A stretch of DNA of 63,395 nt, the filler included, from Pelomyxa schiedti (lineage: Eukaryota; Protista; Evosea), in the NCBI GenBank assembly GCA_020536535.1. It is 16 parts of 16 records of this genome, joined end to end, with 100 filler letters (N's around TTAATTAATTAA, not from the genome) between each part and the next. Parts side by side here need not be neighbours in the genome. Positions count along the whole stretch, not along the records: positions 21,236 to 25,732 come from JAHLWZ010001589.1; positions 25,833 to 27,064 come from JAHLWZ010002672.1; positions 27,165 to 29,205 come from JAHLWZ010002164.1; positions 29,306 to 31,055 come from JAHLWZ010002291.1; positions 31,156 to 39,649 come from JAHLWZ010001319.1; 11 more parts are not named here. One strand, given 5' to 3'. The notes below the pieces were generated by a model. That model did no database searches. It had not been told where the DNA came from and saw only the letters and a list, made by a program, of their open reading frames with translations. Positions 22,607 through 35,600 of the stretch are shown in pieces. How positions within the stretch are numbered: the stretch's first letter is position 1; each line of letters opens with the position of its first letter. The translations under genes and the position numbers were made by a program.

Positions 22607-25102
22607 ATGGTAGCTCACTCTTTTTATTGTTTCTTTTTTGTTATAATTAACAAGGAGGCTTTTGAACCTCTTCGTTTAGTTACCTCCAGCGTCCTTGTGG
22701 TTCCAACACCCACCACAGCAATTTACACAGACGATTGTTCCACACCAACCCAGGCATGTCCCCCCAACACTACGACTGCGGAGTGTGCGTCCCACCAACA
22801 GCAACAGCAGCAACAAAAACAACAGCAGCAGCAGCAACAACAACAACAACAACGCCGGCGGGCCGCCTCTGTCTCGCGGGCCGTTTCTACATCGATGATT
22901 GTGTGGGAGTGGGTGCTCCCCTGGCTGGTCCCCGCCCCGCTGATCCACGGCCCCCCCACGCCCACAAGCGGCAGCGACGGCACCACCCGCACCAGAGTCA
23001 AATTCAAGCACACCGTGACACTGTGCGCCATCGCCGAGGCCATGTTCCCCCTCGTCGGGCGCGCGTGCAAGTCCATCGTGTCCCACTACGAGCGCTGGGG
23101 CACGGCCGTTGGAGTCGCGGCGGAGGCGGGGAGCAGGCTGTGCGTGGGCTGGCTGCTGAGGAACAGGAGGACAGCGGGCCCACTGGATGGTGCTGATGGT
23201 GTTGGTGGTGGTGGTGGGGGTGGTGGCGACGAAGGCAATGGGGTGGGGGTGGTGCCCGTGCCCGTGCAAAGTGTTGGTGGTGGTGGTGGTGATGATGATG
23301 AGAGGAGGAGGAGGAGGAAGGGGAACAAGGCGTTTTTGCGGGTGCTGGAGGGACTGTGTGTTGGTGGCCATTTGGGGATGGCTCAGTGCCTCGTGGATCC
23401 TGGGGATCGTGGTGGTGGCGGTTGTGACTGGGCAGCAGGTCTTGGGTTGGTGTGGCTGGATGGTGGTGGTGATGATGAGTGTGTGGTGGACAACGGTATG
23501 GTTGACCACGTGAGGGCTTCTGACCTGCTCAAGAGCGTGTGTGAGAAGGGTCACGTGGAGGTGGCGAAGTGGATCGTTGAGAGGTTCATGGTGAGGGAGA
23601 CCTGGGAATTTGCTGGGCCACTTTCAGCGGCTGTTTCAGGGGGGCACTTGGAGTTGGCTCAGTGGTTGGTGGACACTTTCGATTTGGCCCCAAAGTTGAG
23701 TGGTTGTTCCTGGTATTTTAATATCCACGAAGATTCATGCAAGAGTGGGAACGTGGAGGTTGTGAAATGGTGCCTGGAAAAATTTACTGTGGATCGCCCG
23801 TTTTACACTGTTCAATATTGCGTGACTGGAAAATCAAGCAAGAGTGTGGAAGTGTGCCAGCTCATCAACAAGCGAATTTCTAACCCTGTTTCCACCCATT
23901 CACTCTACGGAATACATAATCTGGAGGTTATGAAGTGGGCAATTTCTGCATATCCTTCAATTGGAACCACTGAAGATAACCTGGCGACACTGTGTGCAGG
24001 ACCAGAAGGTGTTCAGTTTTGCCAGTGGCTCCTTGATGAGCGGTCTTTCACACCAACACCTTCGATGTTTCAAGCAGCCTGCAAAAACACCAAAGACACC
24101 ACACGGACTGCAAAGTGGTTGTTGTCAACAAGAGTGTCACTTTCACCAGAGGTTATCTGCAATTCTTTCAGCAGTTCGTTGGCCCACAACAACACCTCGA
24201 TTGCATCGTGGTTGGATGAAACCTTTCACATCTTGAATCCACCCAACCCAAACAGCAACATCGTTGCTGATGCAGGTTCCATTCTTGTCACACTTTGCAA
24301 GGAAACAAGGGGATATGAATCAAGATCGGGGGGCATGGAATGGTTTCTGAACCACACCTCCACGAAAGGTGTGGAGGAGGCAGTGATTGTGGAGTGCATT
24401 GAGCTTCTGTTGGACAAGCCGTCGTACGAGGCTGCAATCCTCCTCATGGACCACTTCCACATCTCTGAACCAAAGAGGAACCAACTTCTCGTCCGCCTTA
24501 TGGAGCAAGCTGTCCAAAGTGGCACCCTCTCACAAATCAAAAAGGTGGTTTCCATGGGTGAGTTCTCAAAAGAGTCTGTTGCAAAGTGCCTGGCCAATTC
24601 ATTTGGATTTGAAAGTGCCAATACAGCCAGGTGGCTCATCAACCACTTCCAGCTTGAACACCAACACATCACACTCAACAACAGCATGGTGCTATTCAAC
24701 ATTATAAGATGGGGCCAAGAAAGCTGCGTGGAGTGGCTAATCAACAAGTTCCACATCACACTTGATGAGGTACTCAACACCCCCTCCTCCTTGCTCCCAT
24801 ATTAAACCTACCTAACACTCTTTTTGTCTCAGTTCTTGCACCTCAACTGGGAAAGGGACACGTGTATCAGGATTGATTTGTTCACATGGAAAGTAATACA
24901 AGAAGTGTTCCCAGGGCTCACAGCAGATATGATCAAAGAGAGGCTCCTTCCACTTGTGTGCCGGTCACCAGTCATTGCACAGGTTGCAATGAAGAGGTTC
25001 CCACAACTTACCATGCATGACATCCTGGCATTCTGTTCCAGATCATCACACCCACGCGTCTCTGTTGCCACTCATTTGTGGTTGAGGTACCACCATCCAT
25101 GA
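22607..25102 (+). CDS. Family B degenerate ankyrin-repeat protein (start uncertain, intron near 24771-24831)
   Basis: IVWEWV...AEAMFPLVG N-terminus; GGHLGMAQCL, KGHVEVAKWI, GGHLELAQWL, SGNVEVVKW repeats; last exon DLFTWKVIQEVFP. Confidence 0.8.
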
Positions 25103-25832
25103 TCCCCTCATTTTTGTCCCGTAAAAAACGTACTTAAACTGCGCCGTGTGGGATCCCTTTTCTTTCCCTTTTCTCATCAGTTGTGTTGTTGTTGCCTTTC
25201 AGAAGTCCTCGGTGGTGGTGATTAGGAAGAATAGGATTCCAGATTAGGAAGAGTTTCGACATCTCTAGATACTTCAGATCAACCCAAACAAATTGATTAC
25301 TGAAATTTACTGTAATTGGTCGTGGGACGATGATGATGTACACGGGGGGTACTAGTAGTAGTGGCACAAGGACCGGGGACGACCTGCAATGTGTGTCAGT
25401 CATCACACTTATTTGTGTGGTCTTTTTAAGTTGTCGTTGGCATGATGGGTTTTTTTTCCCCCTCACTTTTTTTTTTTGTATACCCATTCATATTATACTG
25501 CCGTGTTTGGTTGAGTTGTGGACCTCTAGCATTAACGAATTTTCAGTACCCAGTTTTTTGGACGCATTTGTTCGTAGTCGTTCTTTTTTTTCTCCAGTTG
25601 CCTTTCAAAGGACTTATATGAATAGGGTGATGACGAGGCATCTGCACACGGGAATGAGCAACCCGAGGACTTCAACAATGCAGAGTACGCTGCTTCTTTT
25701 GATGTCTTCTTCCTAACTGCACAAAGAACCTTNNNNNNNNNNNNNNNNNNNNNNNNNNNNNNNNNNNNNNNNNNNNTTAATTAATTAANNNNNNNNNNNN
25801 NNNNNNNNNNNNNNNNNNNNNNNNNNNNNNNN

Positions 25833-27064
25833 TCTTGATCTTTCGCAGATGGGGACCACTGCCCGCAAAGTGTGACAATTCTTTCTGTCCTTATTGGTGT
25901 TGATTTTATTTCTTCTTTGATGCATTCAAGCACCGGACCTGTGTGTGCCGTTTACGGTGAAGTATGTAAGATATTTGGTCTGAAAGAAGAAGTGATGAGA
26001 ACCATAAGAAATGGAGCACAGCTGTGAGATCTTTGATTTGAAGTCCTCAATATCATTTGTACAACATTGCAGTAGTTCTTCTCTTGCACAGGGCGAAAGG
26101 TTTTTAGATCCAAATTGCTAGTTGAGTGGTAAAACTCCTGGGAAATAAAGAATAATAATAAGCAATACTTGGAGGATTCCGGGAATTGCATCACAGAGAT
26201 CGACGATTGTGGATGTATCCCTACAGTTCGACATGGCCGTTGACTTGTATTTCCCAATATGCTCCCGTGCAACAGATACATTTTGAAGTTGCTTTGATAT
26301 TGTATCGTCTGTGAAAAGGTGTGAGTTCAACAAGGATATTGCTTTCAGACAATAAACACCATTTATGGATGCAATTGCAGCGGAGGTTTTAATTAAGCAC
26401 TCTTCTTGTCGCTGGAGCATCTGGATCATTTCAGTGAACTCGTGATGAATCTTCTCCTCAAACTGCTTGTGAGCCTTCGTTTTGGTTATAACCAGAAAGA
26501 AATTCAAAAAGGACAAACCAGTTTCAACTTGGCACTTTCAGATTTTATGGATTCCGCCAGTAAATCTAAATCCCCTTCAAGCTTCGACATTTGTCCCAGA
26601 TATACCTTTGGGCTTGGTTGATTGTTCATAGAAATGTCTTCCAACGGTATTGCTTCGTGTCCCTTTTGTTAAAGTCAATAAATCTAGTGCCAAGGTGTGT
26701 TAACCAACCTTGTGGGAGGAGTAAAAGCTACACCTCGCACAGATGAAGCAATTGTCGGTCACACAAAACACATCCAGTGGAAGCTGGTGACTTTCGCACA
26801 TCGTAACCGCACCTATCCCAATCTTAGAGTATCCACACAGTCTATATTATATTATCATACAAGTATTACGTAGAGATGATAATAATAACGGCGTAATAGC
26901 AATTTAAGTTCAAGTTTTTCAGAACATTGCACAACTAACAACTAACTAACCAGGCAAACTTAGCTTAGCCTCCTCAGGCCTCGGCATCAACCTCCTCCTC
27001 TTTGCCCATCTTTCCAACACAGGGTCATCAAGACCAAGGCAGGGCCACACCGTCATCCGCGTCG
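25833..27064 (-). CDS. B-box zinc finger plus coiled-coil protein (multi-exon, partial)
   Basis: CESHQLPLDVFCVTDNCFICARCSFYSSHK|GH, followed by IHHEFTEMIQMLQRQEECLI. Confidence 0.8.
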
Positions 27065-27441
27065 NNNNNNNNNNNNNNNNNNNNNNNNNNNNNNNNNNNN
27101 NNNNNNNNTTAATTAATTAANNNNNNNNNNNNNNNNNNNNNNNNNNNNNNNNNNNNNNNNNNNNCCCAGATAACTCGAGTTTTGGCCTAATGGGTCCTGT
27201 TTTTCACATCGAGTTTACCCCAGATAACTCGAGTTATTTCCCTTAAAATTCGATAAATAGGGGGTTAGCCAGAGTTTGGTCCATTAAACATTGTTTGTAC
27301 TACAAAGTAGGGAAAAAAATTGTTGGGAAATCATGCACCCAATCTCAGCAAACAGTTTGAATCAAATTAACCCGTGGCGGTTTGACACAAAGCTCTAACA
27401 CCGATCCCTCGGCTCGAATCTCTTAGAGATCCCTCTAATTT

Positions 27442-29205
27442 CTAGAACTGCCATGGGTCAGAATGGCCAATCACATACGCAGCATGGACGTCGATTGACG
27501 GTGACGTAGTGGTCACTTCAGTAGTGTATCTTGTGGTTCTCGAAAATTGCCTCGGCCTGAGTGATGGGCTCCTGGTCACCCCAAAAAAGGGTTTCATATC
27601 CAGAGAGTGCTGGCCTGCTTTTTCCTTCAGGTGGAGATCGTCCTTCACGGTTCCCAGCTGCTCCACTGTTTGTGATACGTAGACTTCAGCAGGAAGGATT
27701 GGTGTGATTGAAGACACAGACCCGAACCTCTGGAGTATGTGGGTGAAAGTGTTTTCTGTCTGTATGTATATGATATGGTGGTGAAGATTTGCCATGCAAG
27801 CCAAAATTTCTGTCTGTTCTTTCTTTGTAAAAAGCTTCAGGAGCAAGTCCGGTTTGCTCTGTATGTGTGGGTCAGATGAAAAGGGTGGATGAAATTGTCA
27901 CACCCAAATTGCCCTGCCCAGGGTGTGTGCTGAGAGAAAAATTGCTGCAGCACAAAGAATGGATGGCTTCAGTAACTGTAAAGAGAAATTCAACGCGGAG
28001 ACTTCCAAATAGAACTACAAAGATTGATTAGATAAGCAAGAGCTGATGCAATAGTCTTTACCTCGGTAAGAAGAATGAAGTCGGGTGTTGGCACGACAAC
28101 ACGTTGCAATTCTGGAATTTCCAAAAATATACAAAAGAACGTGGAAAGATCAGGTGCCAACAGTTTGTAGTTCAACGTGCGCATTATTTCTTGTTCGGTT
28201 TGGAATAGCTAACAACGCATAAATGGAGGATAAAACCAAAAAAATGGGTTACCTCATAGCGGTAAAATGCACCAGCGGACATGAGCGCCATTGTGGCGAG
28301 AAGTCCAGACTGCGGAGCACAAGTGGAGACCTTGTACGCCAGCAGTAAACTTGCAGAACCGATAACCTGCAACTCAGCCGGTTTTTTTTTTTTTGTCGTT
28401 TGTGCAAGAAATCGGTCAAGGAGGCACATTGCCGTAAACGCTGATTGTTCCCCAAATTGTAGACTCTCAGATACTTCAAACATCCACTCCAACTAAGAAA
28501 TCGTTACTAGAAGAAATTAAAACATCTAGAGAAGAAGCGTACAAGAAGCGCACGCATTCCGTCATTGACATAAGTTTGAGAAATAAAATAATTACTGCTC
28601 AACTTGTACCAAATGAACTGTATCTCGGTTAGATACAGAAGAAGTTGCCTGGGACACACCTCCTTTTTCAGGGCAGTAATATACTGGTAAAGGTCCCACA
28701 TATATGGTGAGATCAAGACCTCGTCAATACTCCGCCGCCAGTGCCGGCATACTCTTGAACAACGACACATTTCAGTAACTGGTAAGTTCTGGAGTACCAT
28801 GTAAAAAACTTCATGTGGCAGATGAGAGATTGTAAGGGTCGAGGATGGAGAACACTGCAGTGGGAGCGAAATACTAGCCGACTGCTGGGGGGACAACAAA
28901 AATTCATCACTGCGTAATAGTCGGGAAACACTGTCGGAGAGGTACGGATCAAGGTCATCGGAGTAAATAAACGGGCACACTTCATTCCTGTCGTTTGGAG
29001 GCTTGGAGCCATGCACCCATGCAAGACCTCCAAATTCCACAACAACACACGTTCTACCTGTGTGACGCAGCACACACCCCTTGCAGATGTTCCCACTAGA
29101 GTCACTGCCACCAGCTTGCAAGTCAAGGTGCAGACAGAAAGAGCTTGAGGGGTCGTCGGTGCTGATTTGTTCCTGAGGAAGCAGCAGAGATAATTTATAT
29201 TCCTT
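27442..29205 (-). CDS. F-box plus cyclin-domain protein (cyclin F-like architecture), 5' partial
   Basis: HLPHEVFYMVLQNLPVTEMCRCSRVCRHWR; MRALLV|EWMFEV...LLDRFL...LQVIGSASLLLAYK; TEQEIMRTLNYKL; KPSILCAAAIFLS. Confidence 0.85.
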
Positions 29206-29305
29206 NNNNNNNNNNNNNNNNNNNNNNNNNNNNNNNNNNNNNNNNNNNNTTAATTAATTAANNNNNNNNNNNNNNNNNNNNNNNNNNNNNNNNNNNNNNN
29301 NNNNN

Positions 29306-31055
29306 ACAAACACAAGGCAAACAATAGAACCCTTTATTCCAATCGAATTCATCTCTTTCTGTCTTCCGTTATTGAGTGAGTATCCCCACATTAGTACAAG
29401 CACAACATACACAGAAGCATACATTTTGGTGGAGGCTTTTTGCGGGTTTCAGTAATGGCCAACGGAAACGAGACGACCAACGCAATGCAGAGGATGGCAG
29501 ACGCACTCACTGATGCACTACGTAATCGCGTCGACAAGAAGCGGATCTCTGTCTGTAACCCCGACAAGATGACTGTCCCTCAGATCTTGCACTGGATAAG
29601 GCAGTTTCAGGAAGTCGTTGCTGCTGAAGACTGGAGCGATGAGGAGGTGATCAAAGCTTTCAGGGAGTCAGTTGCCGGAAGCGCTAGTCAATGGATCATG
29701 CGCACCTTGCAGACAGACGAAATCGTGAACAGCATTGTAGAAATCCTGGATGAGTTCCAGATGGAGTACATTAGCAGAGCTGAGTTACAAAAATACAAGC
29801 ACGACTTACGCACACGCAAACAGCAGTCAGACGAGTCTGTCAGAGTCTTCATCAAGAAGCTGGCACAGGAATGGAAAACGATCGAGCCAAACGTCAACAT
29901 GCTAGAGCTGATAGACCGCATCACAAATTGTCTGATACCGGAGCTTCGCGAATGGGTCGCGTCTATGGAACCAACGAGCATCAACGAGCTCATCAGGTTC
30001 GCAGGGTCTAGGGAAGCTGCGCTATGTAGAAGTCATACCGACAGCAAGGGGAAAGTGTTATACATCGACGACGACAACGACGAGGAGGAAGCACCACGAA
30101 AGCGGCGATACAACATGAAGTGCGACACCGATGACGAGTACGACAACGATGTACCAACTCGCTCGCACACGAAGGTTGTCAAGCGACACAAAAACGAAGA
30201 GGACATACCGCTTGGGGTCAAGGCTATGCTAGCGGACATCAGGCAGAAGGTTGAGCAACTTGAAAGAGCAAACACGAACAACAACAATGACAACCATCAA
30301 ACTCTCACAACCTATTCCGAACCACCACCGAGGTACACAACAACCACGACGCCTACGGCACCACCACCATTTACACGTTTCCCTCATCAAGCTCCGATCT
30401 GCAAGTCTGGTCACGACTGGAAGGCCTGTTACAAGCCGTGCAGATTCTGCAACGCGGAGAAGGTGCACAGCATGTTCGCATGTCCGGAATGGGCAAAGCA
30501 TCACCCAGAAGAGCAGAGTAAGAGAATCAGTACGCTTCAGAGCGATCTCAAAGCCGCTCTAGACGCTGCAAATCAACCCGGTAATGCACGAACATCCAAG
30601 CCTTAGTTTAAGTTAGAATTTAATAAAAGAACATTTTTCTACTTCATGCAATTCACGAGATTCAATATTAGGTTAAAGAGAAAAAGAACGCGCTTTACTC
30701 ACATGAGATTTTAGAGCTCGGGAGAAGCTCGGCGTGCCTTCTTGACAGTGATGGTATCACGGATCGCCTAACTGTCATGGCCCCCAATACTAGTGATAGT
30801 GAGACCTCAAATTTCGCTCTACAGGACGAGAGTTTTAAGGAAAATTTGCGATCGCACATAGTTTACCCTGTAGAGAAGCCAGGGCACTCCATTGAACCGG
30901 TGAGTTCACATATTGGAAGCATGGAGATAGGACGGGAAAGTCCGGCACGGAGATGCCATGATACTACAAAGGGAAATTGTAAATCCCATGCTAGGAGTTG
31001 GAGTGTGGCATGCCTGGATTCTTGGAATGAGGTCACCCTGCCCAGCGTTAGAGGC
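29306..31055 (+). mobile_element. LTR retrotransposon 5' part (LTR end 29423, PBS 29427, gag)
   Basis: 29306-29423 matches 37441-37555; ...CA then TGGTGGAGG; gag follows immediately. Confidence 0.8.
29455..30606 (+). CDS. gag: Gag (Ty3/gypsy-type capsid plus zinc knuckle)
   Basis: WIRQFQEV...WSDEE...GSASQW...RKQQSDESVRVF; CRFCNAEKVHSMFAC. Confidence 0.85.
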   Translation: MANGNETTNAMQRMADALTDALRNRVDKKRISVCNPDKMTVPQILHWIRQFQEVVAAEDWSDEEVIKAFRESVAGSASQWIMRTLQTDEIVNSIVEILDEFQMEYISRAELQKYKHDLRTRKQQSDESVRVFIKKLAQEWKTIEPNVNMLELIDRITNCLIPELREWVASMEPTSINELIRFAGSREAALCRSHTDSKGKVLYIDDDNDEEEAPRKRRYNMKCDTDDEYDNDVPTRSHTKVVKRHKNEEDIPLGVKAMLADIRQKVEQLERANTNNNNDNHQTLTTYSEPPPRYTTTTTPTAPPPFTRFPHQAPICKSGHDWKACYKPCRFCNAEKVHSMFACPEWAKHHPEEQSKRISTLQSDLKAALDAANQPGNARTSKP

Positions 31056-31155
31056 NNNNNNNNNNNNNNNNNNNNNNNNNNNNNNNNNNNNNNNNNNNNT
31101 TAATTAATTAANNNNNNNNNNNNNNNNNNNNNNNNNNNNNNNNNNNNNNNNNNNN

Positions 31156-32465
31156 CCTTTTCAGCAGCTTGCATTTCTTCTTCCATTTTTGCTTTGAGCT
31201 CACTTTTTTCTTTGATGTGTTCTTGCTTCAGTTTCTGTTTTGTTTTGTTTTGTTTTGTTTTGTTTTGTTTTGTTTTGTTTTGTTTTGTTTTGTTTTGTTT
31301 TGTTTTGTTTTGTTTTGTTTTGTTTTGTTTTGTTTTGTTTGTGAACCAAAACAAAGGAGCAGCCACACATCCAACCACCCCACAAAAGCAAAAAGTACCA
31401 CACACCTCAATCTGTTGATTGTGTTCAAACAGTGGAGGTGATGATCCCATTTGATGTTGCACCTCTGAATTCCAACTTTGGAACAGGTTGTCATTGAGGG
31501 TGCCCTTCAGGACAGACGACAGTGACAGTGTCGCAACACCCTCGCCACCACGGCACTCCCATCCACTCCCATTACCATCCCCATCTTGTGTGAACGTGCC
31601 TTCAAACTTGTCACCGTTTGACCACCTCCTTGTCCCCTTTGTTGGCACTCCACTCACCCACAACCCAGTGAATGACGATCCATCCCTGCTCCACGTCTTT
31701 GTTCCTTCACCATTCTCCTTGCCACTGACCCACTGGCCATCATACCTGTCACCGTTTGCCCACAGCCTCACACCCCGACCATGGAACACATCATCCTTCC
31801 ACTCACCAACATAACTCCCACCCTTGCTGTTGTTGCCTCCATAATCACCACCACCAGCACCAAACAGGATACTCCCTGTTCCACATTTCATTCCGTGATC
31901 GAATTGACCATGGTAGATGTCACCCGAGCCATCAGGTGACACCCACGTTCCCACACCGTGCCACTGATGCCTGTCCCACTCACCCTCATACACCGTGACC
32001 ATTGCTCCTGCCTGTGGCTCCCCCCTTGACTGCCCTCCTTTGCACACCCCACCCCTGCGTCTCAGGACAGTTTGCCGTTGCGTTCCACACCCACTCGCCA
32101 TCCCACACATCCACACCGTTGCTGTCGTGCCACGTTCCCCTTTTCTGGTGGTCGTCCCTCCACAGCCCCTCGAACCACGGGCCATCGGCCAAGTGGGCCA
32201 CACCCCACCCATCCATCTTGTAGTTGAGCCACTCACCCTCGTAGGTGCTGCCATCGGGCCACTTGTACACCCCTCGGCCCGTCCTGTCTCCGTTGAGCCA
32301 CACACCGTCGTACGTGTCGCCGTCTGGCCATTTTAGGGTGCCCCTGCCTTCGGGTTTGCCATCGACCACCCGACCAGTGTATGTTGGGCCACCACGCACC
32401 GCTGAGGTGTCGTCGACAACCATGGTCGCAGCACCCACTCGTTTGTTGGTTGTTCCAGCTGCCAT
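31156..32465 (-). CDS. MORN-repeat protein with a frameshift near 32000-32030, 3' partial
   Basis: TYDGVWLNGDRTGRGVYKWPDGSTYEGEW and YVGEWKDDVFHGRGVRLWANGDRYDGQW lie in two frames. Confidence 0.8.
31236..31340. repeat. (TGTTT)n microsatellite in an intron
   Basis: About 21 perfect units. Confidence 0.98.
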
Positions 32466-32684
32466 GAAGGTGATGAAATGGATTGATGATGCAACAAGAA
32501 ACACCATCACTAACAACGGTTGGGCAACCAACGTCAAGCATTGCGGCAACAACAACAACAACAACGACAGCAACAACGACAACAACAAGAACACTCATTC
32601 ATGCTCTCTGCCTCATCTTCTCAGTCCAGGCCACCTGGCCTGGGATCAATCACCACTGCAGTCCACATCAGTTAGTGCGTGCAG

Positions 32685-35600
32685 TGTGAAAGTGATGACT
32701 TCCCGAAAAAGGGAATCACAGAGTCGGCCCTGAGCACCCTCAGAAGTCGGACAACTTCTGGGAATTCAATGGCACATGATGCTGTGCTGTGCGTCCACTG
32801 AATACTTGGAATTCATGGGAGACAGGGCTTATAAGCGACACCACTTTCACCACGAACTTCACCAGATCGATAAAAATAAATAAATACCTTGTTCCCTCCT
32901 TATCTCGCTACAAACGTGTTCGTCACTCCCCGTTAGGGACACCGCTCACATCTGGAGGTGCGGTTCTGACGGACCTGAATCATGGTCTGGTGACACAGCT
33001 GACGAATCTGAGTGAGGAGCACAGTTTCATCCATACTGTTATCACCCAAGCCCTCTTGCTCTGGCAGAGACAAGACCGGGTGTGGTGGAGACACTACTGT
33101 CAATTAGACACTGGATGGAAAAGCTAGGGGGGAAGTACCAACGAGGTACCAGCCAGAGAATCAGAAGAAATAACTTTTCCGTGATACTTCTTAACTTGCG
33201 GATGCCTATGGTTTTGATTAGCGACTAGCGGCTAGGACTATGAGAACCGACGAAGATACCTGTATCGGGACTGGAGAACACTGGAGGTCCAGGGCCCTGC
33301 TGAAAATTGATGAAGATTTTGGCGGAAAAACTGCGGCTTGGTGCCAGTCATACATTTCAGGGGAGCCGGCAGGGCCTGCAATGAAATCAAATTTCGGCAT
33401 CACTGTAAGATTTACATACATTGAGAGCCAATTCTAGTCAGAGGCTACTTTGCTGGAATCAGCAGAAGCAGGCTCAGAGTTTCAAGTGGCACTTGATAGA
33501 TCACCATAGTGCAAAGTCGCTCCTTTTTGGGATGAGAGGCAGACAGTCTGGGGGTAGAAGCACTCAGAATTCCCACATCAAGAATTGCCTTCTCTGGGTA
33601 ATGGAATGAGTGGGTGGAAGAGTGCGGTGGTGATAGAGGAACTGTGTGCCAGTGAGTCAGGGCTGTGAGAGGAAAGCTCCAAGAGAACCAGAGGGAGGAA
33701 CCCAGTTGAGAGGCTGAGGATTGGTCAGAAGAAGGAGAAGAAATTATGTTTACCTTCATAATTCCTAATGTGAAACAAATTGGTGGGAGTTTGTGGGATG
33801 GCTATCACAGAATAAGTACAGGAAGTTACATGCGGAAGGACCACCTGACTGCCCATCGGCCAATACATCAGACAGTTGGTATTATACAGAAAGGAGCCCT
33901 TACTATGCAAGCTTTGAGATTGAACAGGCCGCGGCAGCAATCAACGAAGCACTGGTGGGAATATTACAGCTGGCTTGGAATCGGAATCCCAAGAAGACCA
34001 GGTGTAGCAGCACTTTGCAACCATTCACAACTGCAAAGGGATTAGCTTGGTACTGGGCGATATAAAATATACACACAAAGCAGCAAGTCACCCAGAGCTG
34101 ATGACCCAGTCAGTGGAGTGAAACCAGGGATTCGTTTGCAGTGAATGCCGGGAAGGTAAACCACCATGAGCACCAGAGAGTGTCGATGGGCCCTAGAAGT
34201 AGGGATGAGGGAGAACATCCAAGCCATGGAAAAAAGAGAGAATCTTCGAGTGTGAGCAATGAAGAAGAACCTTGAAGGACTGCCTGATAGTAAAATAATC
34301 AGAGCTCTGAAAGAAAGGTGACAGCTGGTAACGCACTGTTGTTGGAGCAACAGCCAGGACAGCTGTTCACAAGAAAGGCACTGTTGTTGGGGCAACAGCC
34401 AGGAAGACTGGTAACAAAGTCAGTCACCTGGGCCGCTGCCAACACAAGATTGGCAGTGGTTTGCAATGCTGGTAACGAAGTGACAGCATAAGCTGGTAAC
34501 GGATGACAGCAAAGGCTGGTAACGATGTGACAGCCAATGACTGGTAACAGGACAGTCAATCAGAGCAGTCCATAATGCAACTGGTAACAGGACAGTTGCG
34601 AAATTGCCAACTGGTAACAGGACAGTGGCAAAATCGAAACTTCATTAGTTCACACAAGAAAAATTTCTCTAACATACCAACAAATTTCCATCAAAGTACA
34701 AAGGAAAGTCTGCCTGAAGGAACAGCAGAAACCCAGCAAGGAGCTAATAATTCATACTGTACAAGGTCATGCCAAAACCGCAGGAATTGCGGCATACTCC
34801 CAGCAACTGGTGGCATATATCAGGCAAGATGAGGGAGAAACCAGAACCCAGAAAAAGCCACAATAGTAGTATTCGATTTGAGGGAATACAGAAGGCTTAC
34901 CCATGATGAGAGCGGCCACAATAGACCAAGCATCTTGTACCATTCAAGCATGTGAATGTGAATGCAAAGTCTAAAGCCGGACAGCACTGGTATTTAAAGA
35001 GGTTTGCCAGACAAAAGAAATTGCCCAGAATCCCAGTATTCTGAAATCGGCCCTACAATTGGAAGTAAAAAGCAAGCTCAAGGGGGAGAATATACTCTAG
35101 CTGGGAATTTTTGCACTTGTTCAAACTAGGAGGCAAGAGGAAACATTATCTCCAAATCTCTGTAGAAGTCATCAACCTTGCAATGTGCAAGTTAGATCAA
35201 TGAATGTTCAGTGCCAATCACACACACCGGCAATAGTGTGCAATAGCACACTCAGTAGTGATCATAAAAGGCCGGAAACTGCTCAAATACACCTCTGAGA
35301 CCTTCGCCATACAGACAAGCAGAGTGCCCACTCCAGCGGGAAGCTAATGCAAGTACCCTTGTTTCAGGAACAGAAGGCTTCAGGGCAGTTGTTCTCTGTT
35401 AATGGACATCAGGTCAACAACAATAGAAATGATAATGAGAACACAAAACTGAGTGTTTAGTTCAGCACGGATGGTGTGGGTCTAAAGTGGCATGGGTGAA
35501 TTCCAAGGCAGAGGCACATTGGACTCAGGGAGTCCTTGCACATGTTGCAGTTCCTCTGTACACCCAATACTCCCGCAGAAAATGGCAAAGTGCTGTTGCT

